A DNA stretch of 64,000 nt from an uncultured Acidobacteriota bacterium (GTDB lineage Bacteria; Acidobacteriota; Vicinamibacteria; Vicinamibacterales; UBA2999): assembly GCA_963707795.1 (NCBI GenBank), contig OY970174.1:1874648-1938647 (forward strand). The letters run 5' to 3'. Below the pieces are notes generated by a model that was not told the DNA's origin, ran no database searches, and was given only the letters and a program-made list of their open reading frames with translations. Below, in pieces: positions 45,055 through 53,530 of the stretch (position 1 is its first letter; each line of letters opens with the position of its first letter). Made by a program: the position numbers and the translations under genes.

Positions 45055-46251
45055 GTGATCTCACGTGTCGGTCGGCGCGCCCTGTTGCGCGCGGGCCTGT
45101 TGTGGAGCGGGACGGCGTGGATCGGCGGCGCCGGGACGTTCGCCGCTCGCCTCGGCGCGCTCCCGGGCTGCGACCCGCCCGCCGGAGCGCTCATCGGCCT
45201 GGTGCCGCTGCATGGCGACCGCGCCCGCGTCACGCCGTTCGGCGCGATGCTCGGCGGCCCGGGCCTCGACGCGCGGCGCTTCACCGACATTGCGTCGATT
45301 CAGCCCGACCGGCTGGTGACACCCACCGAGGAGATGTTCGTCCGCACGGCGGCGCCGCAGGCGGTCCGGCCGACGCCGCCCGGCTGGGCCATCGCTCTGC
45401 GCGGGTTCGGCGGCGAGGATACCGCGATCGCGGTGGACACGCTGCGCCGCGACGCGCGGCCGATGGGTGCGCACCTGATCGAATGCGCGGGCAACGCCGA
45501 TCCCGACAACTTCGGCCTGATGAGCCTCGTCGAATGGGCCGGCGTGCCGCTCGCCGAGGCCATGGCTCCGCTGCGCCGGACCATGCCGCGCGGGCGTACG
45601 GCGCTCCTGGTGGCGGGGGTGGACGAGGACGGCGCCCGCGCCCGCACCTCGCTACCAGGCGCGAGCTGGATCCTGCGGCTCGACGCGCTCGAGCGGCTTG
45701 GCGCGTTCCTCGCGGTCGGTCTGAACGGCGGGCCGTTGACCGCCGACCATGGCGCCCCGGTGCGCCTGGTGGTGCCAGGGTGGTATGGCTGCAGCTGGAT
45801 CAAGTGGGTGGACGAGCTGCGCCTGGTGGGCGACGACGAGCCGGCGACGAGCCAGATGGTGGAGTTCGCCGCGCGCACGCACCAGGACGGCGTCCCGGCG
45901 CTGGCGCGCGACTACGAGGCGCCCGCGATCGACCTGGCGGCGACGCCGATTCGCGTCGAGAAGCGGCGGGTGGATGGACGGATCGAGTACCGGATCGTCG
46001 GGATTGTCTGGGGCGGCGACCGAACGGTCGACCGCCTCCTGATCCGCTTCAATCCGGGCGAGCCACCGCAGCCGCTGTCGATCTGTCCGCCGCCTGCCAC
46101 GCATCGGACGTGGACGCTGTGGGAGTATCGGTGGCGGCCGGACCGGCCCGGCGTCTACAACATCGCACTGCGGGCGGCCGATCCGGCGATCCGGACGCGG
46201 CGGCTCGACATCTCGTTCTACGTGCGGCGCGTCGTGATCGACGAGATCTGA
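45055..46251 (+). CDS. Molybdopterin-dependent oxidoreductase (sulfite-oxidase fold), Tat-like leader
   Basis: Leader SRVGRRALLRAG. Moco Cys motif HLIECAGN, then GAPVRLVVPGWYGCSWIKWV and an Ig-like C-terminal domain. An alternative ATG lies at 45010. Confidence 0.75.
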   Translation: MISRVGRRALLRAGLLWSGTAWIGGAGTFAARLGALPGCDPPAGALIGLVPLHGDRARVTPFGAMLGGPGLDARRFTDIASIQPDRLVTPTEEMFVRTAAPQAVRPTPPGWAIALRGFGGEDTAIAVDTLRRDARPMGAHLIECAGNADPDNFGLMSLVEWAGVPLAEAMAPLRRTMPRGRTALLVAGVDEDGARARTSLPGASWILRLDALERLGAFLAVGLNGGPLTADHGAPVRLVVPGWYGCSWIKWVDELRLVGDDEPATSQMVEFAARTHQDGVPALARDYEAPAIDLAATPIRVEKRRVDGRIEYRIVGIVWGGDRTVDRLLIRFNPGEPPQPLSICPPPATHRTWTLWEYRWRPDRPGVYNIALRAADPAIRTRRLDISFYVRRVVIDEI

Positions 46252-46317
46252 CGCCTCCCCGATCGCGCCCCGATCGGCCCGCCCGTCGTCCCGGCCCCGG
46301 CGCCGATCGGCGCGCGA

Positions 46318-47341
46318 TCACTCCAGGCCCATGCGGTGCGGCTGCCATTGCAGGCCGAGCGCCATGATGCGCTCGAGCAGACGCGAGTACGACATCCGGC
46401 CGCGCTTGGCCGACTGGGCGAAGTCTTCCTCCTGCGCCAGCTGCGGATTGGCGTTGGCCTCGATGACGTAGGCCTTGCCGGCGGCGTCCATGCGGAAGTC
46501 GATGCGGGCGTAGCCGGAGAGATCGAGCGCGCGGTAGGTCCGCTTGGCGAGGTGCTGGATACGCGGCGCCACGCCGTTGGGCAGCTGCGCTTCGGCGGTG
46601 TCGATCCCGTGCCGCTTCTGGTACTTCACCGACCACTTCACCCGCTCGGTCGCGATGCGCCAGTTGGTGTCGGCCATCTTGGCGAACGACATCTCCCACA
46701 CCGGGAACACGCGCAGGCGATGGTTGCCGAGCACGCCGACGTAGAGCTCGCGGCCGTCGATGAACTGCTCGACGATGGCCGGCGTCAGGATGGTGTCGTG
46801 GATGTAGTTGACGCGCTTGACCAGCTGCTCCTCGTTGGCCACCACCGAGGCCTGCGAGATGCCGATCGACGACTCGTAGGTGAGCGACTTCACGATCATC
46901 GGATAGGTCAGCTTCTTCGACAGCACCGGCTTGCGGTTGAGCGGGACGACGGTGAAGTCGGGCGCCGGGATGCGGTGGTAGGCGAGCAGCTTGCGCGACA
47001 GCGCCTTGTCGCGCGACAGCGTCAGCCCGCGCGGGTTGCACCCGGTGTACGGCACCCGCAGCAGCTCGAGGTAGCTGACCACGTTCTGGTCGAACACACC
47101 GATGTCGGCGAACGCCTCCATCATGTTGAAGACGAGGGTCGGGCTTGAAGTCGTCGATGGTCTGGCGGATCGGCGTGAGATCGTCGTGCACGCCGATGAC
47201 ACGCAGCTCGTGGCCGCGCGCGCGCAGCGTGGTGACGACGTCCCATTCCATGCGCCATTCCGGGTTGACGTCGCTCGACGCGACGTCCTCCCGCGGCACG
47301 AGGTCCTTGTGGACGAGGACGAGGACCCGGTATTTCTTCAC
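46318..47341 (-). pseudogene. ATP-grasp enzyme (D-Ala-D-Ala ligase family), one +1 frame break near ~47137
   Basis: MKKYRVLVLVHKDLVP...TIDDFKPD joins LVFNMMEAFADIGVFDQN...MIVKSLTYESSIGISQA...YARIDFRMDAAGKAYVIEANANP only after a frame change. Confidence 0.75.
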
Positions 47342-48367
47342 AGCGCCACCCGGTGCCGCCCGCTGTGCAGGTAGTTCATCGTCTGCACGGTGAGCAGGAC
47401 GGTGAACTCGTAGCGCGCCTGCTCCTCGGGCACCGCCAGACGCAGCTTCAGCTCACGACAGCGCGTAATCATGTCTTCGAGCACCTTGTCGATGGTGTAT
47501 TGGTAGATGCCGGTCCAGCTCGCCACCATGCGGCGGACCGGCTGGCGCATGCGGCCGAGGAACTGGGCGGCGGTCATGTTGGCGGCAAACTCCGGCGCGT
47601 CGGAGAACAGCCGGCGCAGCTCGCGATCGTAGAACTTCGGGTGTTCGACGCCGTGATGCCGCCGCTTGCGCCGGTAGTGCCGGCGCAGCGTGTGGCGCAG
47701 GCGGCGCAGCGGGTCGACTTCGTCGATCCCCTCCACCAGCGGCCGGCGCCCGCGCAGCGACTTCATCAGCGCATCGAGGTAGTCGAGCTTCTTCAGCGCC
47801 GGCCACCCGGTATAGCGCTGCCGCCAGTTCGACGTCCGGCGTCAGCCACACGGCGAAGGTCTCGGCGAAGTCCTCGTCGGGATGGCTCTGCGCGTACCAC
47901 GGATCGATGTGCTGGACGAAGGTCTTGCTGTACGGCTTCGGATCGTAGAACTCCGGATACGGCTGCGCCGAGCTGCCGAACAGCGCCCGCCGCTGCCGCC
48001 GCAGCCGCAGCTTGTAGACGTTGTCGATGACATGGCCCGCCTCGTGCCGGAGAATGCGCATGCACCACTCGTGGTCGCCGCCCTCCACCTCGAGCATCTG
48101 CGCCTTCTCCAGCCGCTCCAGGCGAGGATGCGTGAGATAGAACGGTATGGCCATCGACGCCGTGCCATCCGGCGTGAACCACTCGTCGGAGATGTAGAAG
48201 TGGATGGGAAAGCGCAGGTCGCGGCTCTCCAGCTCGGCGCGCAGCTGCGCGACACGACCCTCGACGATCGTGTTCTCGATGCGCAGCGGCAGGTCTGCCA
48301 GCCGGAGGTCGAGCAGCTGTTCGTCGGGCAGCTCGGCCCAGTTGGCCGGGACGTCGGCGCGCGCCAT
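47338..48367 (-). pseudogene. Putative zinc-binding metallopeptidase (HExxH), one +1 frame break near ~47828
   Basis: ...RILRHEAGHVIDNVY...DEDFAETFAVWLTPDVE joins WRQRYTGWPALKKLDYLDALMKSLRG... in another frame. Its stop overlaps the ATP-grasp start. Confidence 0.65.
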
Positions 48368-48407
48368 TGCGCCTCATGATAGCCGGTCGGCCGCGGCGCT
48401 TCCCGGC

Positions 48408-49244
48408 CTAGAACTTCCCCGCCCGGTAGTCCGCGTAGGCGTCGCGGATCTGCTCCTCGGTATTCATGACGAAGGGCCCGCGCGCCACCACCGGTTCGCC
48501 CAGCGGGCGGCCGGCCCAGAACAGCGCCCGCAGCGGAGCGTCGGCCGTGACCTCCAGCACCGAGGCCGAGGCGGGCTGGCCGCGGCCGAGCCATGCCACC
48601 TGCCCTGCCTCGAGCGGCGTCGCCGCGGCGCCGAAGCGGCCGCGGCCATCGAGCACGTAGCAGAACGCGTGGTCGCTCCCGGCCACCGGCTGCTCGGCCC
48701 GTGCGCCGGGCTCGAGGAGCATCTCGACCATCGTGATCGGGACGTGATTGCGCGTCGCGGCCGCGACCTCTCCCGATGCCCCGGAGAACACGCGGAACTG
48801 ATAGCCGGGGCCCTCGCGTACCGGCATGTCGGCGGCGCGCAGGTCCTGGTAGCCGGGTGCCGCCATCTTGTCGGCGGCCGGCAGGTTCACCCACAGCTGC
48901 AGCGTGTGCACCCGCCCGCGCGGCTCTTCACGATGAATGATGCCGCGGCCGGCCGTCATCCACTGGGCGTCACCGGCGCGCAGCACGCCCTGCCCGCCGT
49001 GATTGTCGCGATGCTCGAGTTCGCCGTCGATGACGAACGTGACGGTCTCGATGCCGCGATGCGGGTGGTCGGGGAAGGTCCCGGGCACGAACCAGTCCTC
49101 GGCCAGCAGGAGAAAGGGATCGTGCTCCGCCCACCGGCCTGGCTCGAGCAGCAGCCGCACGCTGTGCTCGGTCGTGCCGCCGGGCTGAAGGCCCGGCGTC
49201 ACCACGCGATCGATGGCCCGTTGCGGAGTGCGGCGAGCGTTCAC
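48408..49244 (-). CDS. Pirin family protein
   Basis: FPDHPHRGIETVTFVIDGELEHRD, QWMTAGRGIIHRE and LQLWVNLP. The GTG start overlaps the yceI stop. Confidence 0.88.
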   Translation of the reverse strand: MNARRTPQRAIDRVVTPGLQPGGTTEHSVRLLLEPGRWAEHDPFLLLAEDWFVPGTFPDHPHRGIETVTFVIDGELEHRDNHGGQGVLRAGDAQWMTAGRGIIHREEPRGRVHTLQLWVNLPAADKMAAPGYQDLRAADMPVREGPGYQFRVFSGASGEVAAATRNHVPITMVEMLLEPGARAEQPVAGSDHAFCYVLDGRGRFGAAATPLEAGQVAWLGRGQPASASVLEVTADAPLRALFWAGRPLGEPVVARGPFVMNTEEQIRDAYADYRAGKF

Positions 49245-49816
49245 GCCGCCTCCACCGCCGCGGCCTGCTGGATCAGCTGCGCGTCGAGCGTGATCGTGAG
49301 CTCGTCGCCGACGACCACACCGCCGGCCTCGAGCGCCTGGTTCCACGTCAGGCCGTAGTCGCTCCGCTTGATCTTCGTCGTCGCGGAGAATGCCGCGCGC
49401 TGCCCGCCCCACGGATCGGCCGCCCGCCCTTCGGCGCGCACGTCGAGGACCACCTCGCGAGACACCCCGTGGATCGTGAGGTCGCCGACGACCTGAAACG
49501 AGCCGCGAGTCGCCGGCGTGACCTGCCGGCTCTTGAAGGTGATCACCGGGTAACGGTCGACGTCGAGAAAGTCCGCCGAGCGCAGGTGCGCATCGCGCTG
49601 CTCGACGCGGGTGTCCACCGACGCGGCGTCAATCGTGACGTCGGCCGCGCTGGCGGTGGGATCCGCCTCGTCCAGGACCACGGTGCCGGCGACGCCGGCG
49701 AAGCGCCCCTTCACGGTCGTAATCATCAGGTGGCGGACGGAGAACTCGACGCTGGTGTGGGCCGGGTCCAGCGCCCAGGTGGTCCGCGTCGGCTGGGTGA
49801 CAGTAACAGTGCTCAT
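49241..49816 (-). CDS. yceI: YceI family polyisoprenoid-binding protein
   Basis: WALDPAHTSVEFSVRHLMITTVKGRF...HLRSADFLDVDRYPVITFKS...GDLTIHGVSREV. Confidence 0.88.
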   Translation of the reverse strand: MSTVTVTQPTRTTWALDPAHTSVEFSVRHLMITTVKGRFAGVAGTVVLDEADPTASAADVTIDAASVDTRVEQRDAHLRSADFLDVDRYPVITFKSRQVTPATRGSFQVVGDLTIHGVSREVVLDVRAEGRAADPWGGQRAAFSATTKIKRSDYGLTWNQALEAGGVVVGDELTITLDAQLIQQAAAVEAA

Positions 49817-49850
49817 CTCGTCTCCTTCGTTCGACTTACCAACAATTCTA

Positions 49851-49873
49851 TTACTATACTTTAGTAAGTTACT
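49851..49873. promoter_or_regulatory. Overlapping inverted repeats TTACTA-N5-TAGTAA and AGTAA-G-TTACT in the AT-rich yceI/hxlR divergent intergenic region (candidate HxlR operator)
   Basis: Half-sites are TTACT at 49851-55, AGTAA at 49863-67 and TTACT at 49869-73. This is the only AT-rich stretch between the two divergent starts (49816 and 49909). Confidence 0.5.
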
Positions 49874-49908
49874 TGTGTCAAGTAGGACTGGCGGGATACA
49901 CTGGACCC

Positions 49909-50289
49909 ATGGCGGCGGCACACGTGCCTGGTGTCTGTGCCAGGTTTCACGAGGCGGTGGAGTTGATCGGCGCGCGCTGGACGGGCGCCATCCTGCAGGT
50001 GCTGCTGCGCGGCCCGGCGCGCTACGCCGACGTCCGCGCGGCGGTCCCCGACATCAGCGACCGCATGCTGTGCGAACGCCTGCGCGCGCTGGAGCAGGCC
50101 GGCATCGTCGCCCGGCAAGTGAGCACCGCGGCGCCCGTGCGCGTGGACTACGAGCTGACCGACAAGGGCCTGGCGCTGGAGCCGGCGCTCGCTGCCATCG
50201 GCCGATGGGCGGAAACCTGGATCGAGCCCCCGGCGCCGGCCAGGCCGGAGCGGGCACGGCGGGCGCCGACAGCGCGCGCGCGGCGCTGA
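49909..50289 (+). CDS. HxlR-family winged-helix transcriptional regulator
   Basis: CARFHEAVELIGARWTGAILQVLL...YADVRAAVPDISDRMLCERLRALEQAGIV...YELTDKG. Confidence 0.85.
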   Translation: MAAAHVPGVCARFHEAVELIGARWTGAILQVLLRGPARYADVRAAVPDISDRMLCERLRALEQAGIVARQVSTAAPVRVDYELTDKGLALEPALAAIGRWAETWIEPPAPARPERARRAPTARARR

Positions 50290-50302
50290 CGCCGCTCGGC
50301 GC

Positions 50303-52342
50303 TTACTGGACGAGGCGCGGCGGCCTGGCGGCTGGCAATGCCAGCGCCACCAGTTCCGCCGGCACCGTCGCGCTCGCGATGGCCGCGACGATATATTGAT
50401 GGCCGTTGTGCACGAAGGTCATCGGCGCAGTATTGGTCTGCGCCGGTAGCTCGATCTTGCCGATCTCCTTGCCGGTCGTTTTGTCGAGCGCCCGGAAGTA
50501 GCCATCGCCGCCCCGTCCCTCTCCGTACATCACGAGCGTGCGCGTCACCAGCAGGTTGGCGTGCGAGTTCTGTCCCGTGTTCCCGACATCGACGCCTTTC
50601 AGCGCCGGGTGCTGCTTGATCCGCTCGGGCGTCTCCCCGTTGGGGATGTTCCACTTCAAATCGCCGGTGTTCATGTCGTAGGCGACGATGCGGCCGTACG
50701 GAGGCTTGAGGAGCGGCAGCGGTGGATTCCCGGCGCCGCCCGAGGGACCGGGCGCCGGACTGGGGGTTGACACATACAGTGACGTGATGCGGCCGCTCTC
50801 GCTGCCCCATCCCGACCACGGCTTGGCATTGGGATACTTCTCCTGTGCCGGGACCAGCGCCAGGACCTCGGATCCGTGCTGGGAGGCGACGTACAGCCAC
50901 CCGGTCTCCGGATCGACCGCCGCGCCGCCGGGAATGTTCGCGCCGCCGTTCGAGCTCGGCGCCATGAACGTACCCCTGGTGCCGTCGGCGGCATTGTAGA
51001 GCGACGGTGGGTGGAACATGCCGCGGCCCATGCGGAACTGGCGCGCGATCTTGACCGCCTCGGCGCGCAGCGCCGGTGTGAAGTCGTTGAGGTCGTCCTC
51101 GGTCACTCCCTGCTGCTCGAACGGCGGCGGCCAGGTCACGTGCGGCTGCGTCGGCCACAGCTTCTCGTTCGGCACGTCGGACGCCTTTACCGGCCGCTCC
51201 TCGATCGGCCACACCGGTTCGCCGGTCTCGCGGTTGAAGACGTACAGCCAGCCCTGCTTGGTCGGCTGCACGATGGCGGGAATCTGGCGGCCCTTGACGG
51301 TGATGTCCATCAGGTGCGGCGCGTCCGGGATGTCGTGATTCCAGACGTCGTGATGCACGAACTGATAGTGCCAGCGCAGCGTGCCGGTCTTGACGTCAAG
51401 GGCGAGCAGCGTCGTGCCGTAGAGGTTCTGGCCGTGGCGGCTGCCGCCGTAATAGTCGTTGGTCGGCGTGTCGGTGGGCACGTAGACGAGCCCGAGCCGC
51501 GAATCGGCGCTGAGCGGCGCCCACGGCGACACGTTGCCGGTGTACTTCCACGAGTCGTTCTCCCACGTCTCGTTGCCGGGCTCGCCTTCCTGCGGCACGG
51601 GATTGAACCGCCACAGGAGCCTGCCGCTGCGGGCATCGTAGCCGCGGATGATCCCGGGAATGTTCTCGCGGTTCTCCGGGTAATAGCCGCGATCGTGCGA
51701 GTGGCCCATCACCAGCACGCCGTTGACGACGATCGGGGCCGAGGAGGTGGTGATGTCGCCCCAGTCGAGGATGCCGCGGTCCGGATCCACGGAATAGGGG
51801 CCGAGGCCGAGGTGCAGATCGACGACGCCGTTGTTGCCGAAGAACGGCAGCGGCTGGCCGGTATCGGCGTCGAGCGCCCACAGGTACGAGCCCGGCGTCG
51901 CCAGGTAGATGACCGGACGTCCGTCCACGCGCGCGAATGCCACGCCCTTGCCGTAGTTCTTGCGCGTCGAGGCCTGCCAGCGCGGGTTGTCCTTCTCGCG
52001 GAACATCCACAGCGTCTCGCCGGTGCTCGGCTCGATGCACACGACCGTCCGGCGATGCCCGGCCACGGTGTAGAGCTTGCCGTTGACGTAGAGCGGGGTC
52101 GCGCGGTAGATGAGGTCGGGCTCGGGCCCGTAGTTGGCCGCGCTCCACCGCCACATCACCTGCAGCTTGCTGAAATTGCCGCCGTCGATCTGCGTCAGCG
52201 GCGCATAGCGCGTGCTGCGTTCGTCGCCGCCCCAGTACGCCCAGTCGTAACTGTCACCGTTCGCCGCCGGCGCGGTCGGCCCTTGCGCGCTCGTTACCGC
52301 CAGCGCACCGGCGACCAGCAGGGTCGTCCATCTGATCAGCAT
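50303..52342 (-). CDS. PQQ-dependent dehydrogenase (quinoprotein, 8-bladed propeller)
   Basis: Signal peptide MLIRWTTLLVAGALAVTSAQG, then WAYWGGDERSTRYAPLTQI and repeated W-motif blades across ~680 aa. The upstream GTG at 52399 is a possible but less likely start. Confidence 0.85.
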   Translation of the reverse strand: MLIRWTTLLVAGALAVTSAQGPTAPAANGDSYDWAYWGGDERSTRYAPLTQIDGGNFSKLQVMWRWSAANYGPEPDLIYRATPLYVNGKLYTVAGHRRTVVCIEPSTGETLWMFREKDNPRWQASTRKNYGKGVAFARVDGRPVIYLATPGSYLWALDADTGQPLPFFGNNGVVDLHLGLGPYSVDPDRGILDWGDITTSSAPIVVNGVLVMGHSHDRGYYPENRENIPGIIRGYDARSGRLLWRFNPVPQEGEPGNETWENDSWKYTGNVSPWAPLSADSRLGLVYVPTDTPTNDYYGGSRHGQNLYGTTLLALDVKTGTLRWHYQFVHHDVWNHDIPDAPHLMDITVKGRQIPAIVQPTKQGWLYVFNRETGEPVWPIEERPVKASDVPNEKLWPTQPHVTWPPPFEQQGVTEDDLNDFTPALRAEAVKIARQFRMGRGMFHPPSLYNAADGTRGTFMAPSSNGGANIPGGAAVDPETGWLYVASQHGSEVLALVPAQEKYPNAKPWSGWGSESGRITSLYVSTPSPAPGPSGGAGNPPLPLLKPPYGRIVAYDMNTGDLKWNIPNGETPERIKQHPALKGVDVGNTGQNSHANLLVTRTLVMYGEGRGGDGYFRALDKTTGKEIGKIELPAQTNTAPMTFVHNGHQYIVAAIASATVPAELVALALPAARPPRLVQ

Positions 52343-52357
52343 GAGGAATCTTAGCGG

Positions 52358-52392
52358 AACGAAGGACGAAGAACGAAGAACGAAGGCCGAAG
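52358..52392. repeat. Five tandem heptamers (plus strand AACGAAG GACGAAG AACGAAG AACGAAG GCCGAAG; CTTCGTT-type on the coding strand)
   Basis: Read directly from the sequence. It lies 16-50 nt upstream of the PQQ dehydrogenase ATG 52342 and downstream of the preceding stop at 52410. Confidence 0.85.
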
Positions 52393-52409
52393 TACTCACG
52401 TCGTGCGGG

Positions 52410-53528
52410 TCAGCTGCCGATCAGAAAGCGAACCTCGTCTTCCGCCGTCGCGCCGCTGCGATTGTCCGTCACGCGGACGACCACGCGGTAGGCGCCGGGC
52501 TGATAGCTGGCGAGCGGCAGGGACTGTGCGGCGGCGAGCTGCTGGCCGGCGCGAAGGTCGAACCCGGCGGGCAGCGTCGATCGGTCCAGCGTCTGCGGCG
52601 GCGTCGAGCCGAGCAGCCGCTCCGGGACCTCGTCGCGGTGAAAGAGGTGATACTCCACGCTGACGTCGGGCATGCCCGACCGATCCACCTCGGCGTCGTA
52701 GATCACGAAGGCGAGGTGCAGCGTTTCGTCGCGCTGCAGCTGGTCGTCATCGGCCGGGACCAGCTCCGCCGCGCCCAGCGCGTACGGGCGCAGCGCCTGC
52801 TCGGACTCGCCGAGCGGCGAGGGCAGCGTGTCGATGCGGTCGGCCACGACGATGCTGCTCAGGCGAAGGCCGCCGGTGCGCAGGTTCGGCACCGTGATGG
52901 GCTGCTTCAGCAGCGCCCGTCCCCTGGCACCGCTGTGCGGCTCCTGTTCGACGAGCGCGATGTAGAGATCGTACTCGCCAGGCGCAAGGGCCAGCGAGCG
53001 CCGCACGACCGCCGCGCGGCCCTCCGCCGCCGGGCTCACGCTATAGATCGCTTCGTACGGATATTTCGGCGCCCCCTTGGCGGTGAGGCTGCGCAGCATC
53101 AACGACGCATCGGAGGCGGTCGGCGCCCCCGATCCCTGCCGGCGCTCTGGCGAGTTGACCGGCATCTCCCCCGGGGGAATGCCAAAGGCGTTCTGCACGC
53201 CCGCCGTCCGCTGCTGGGCGCGCCCCGGGTCCCCGCGCGGCGCGATCCGCACGTACATCGCCGCGCGTTTGAAGCGCTCCGGCGCCTCGTCGATGCGCAG
53301 GGTGAACGCCACGTACGTCCGCCCTTCCGGTCCGCGGAAGAAATGGGGCATCCACTTCAGCCACGCCTGCCCCGGGACGGTGGTGCCGACGGCGGCGGCT
53401 TCGACGAGGCTCTCGAGCAACGCCCGCTCGTCCAGCCCGACGCGGGCGACTGATGTCCCCGGCTGGGCCGCGACGGCGGCGACCAGCACGAATCCCACGA
53501 GCACGGATGCGAAGGCGCGGCGCGGCAT
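52410..53528 (-). CDS. Hypothetical exported protein (372 aa)
   Basis: GGAGG RBS, signal peptide MPRRAFASVLVGFVLVAAVAAQ, and a beta-rich body. No motif I can name. Confidence 0.6.
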   Translation of the reverse strand: MPRRAFASVLVGFVLVAAVAAQPGTSVARVGLDERALLESLVEAAAVGTTVPGQAWLKWMPHFFRGPEGRTYVAFTLRIDEAPERFKRAAMYVRIAPRGDPGRAQQRTAGVQNAFGIPPGEMPVNSPERRQGSGAPTASDASLMLRSLTAKGAPKYPYEAIYSVSPAAEGRAAVVRRSLALAPGEYDLYIALVEQEPHSGARGRALLKQPITVPNLRTGGLRLSSIVVADRIDTLPSPLGESEQALRPYALGAAELVPADDDQLQRDETLHLAFVIYDAEVDRSGMPDVSVEYHLFHRDEVPERLLGSTPPQTLDRSTLPAGFDLRAGQQLAAAQSLPLASYQPGAYRVVVRVTDNRSGATAEDEVRFLIGS

Positions 53529-53530
53529 CG

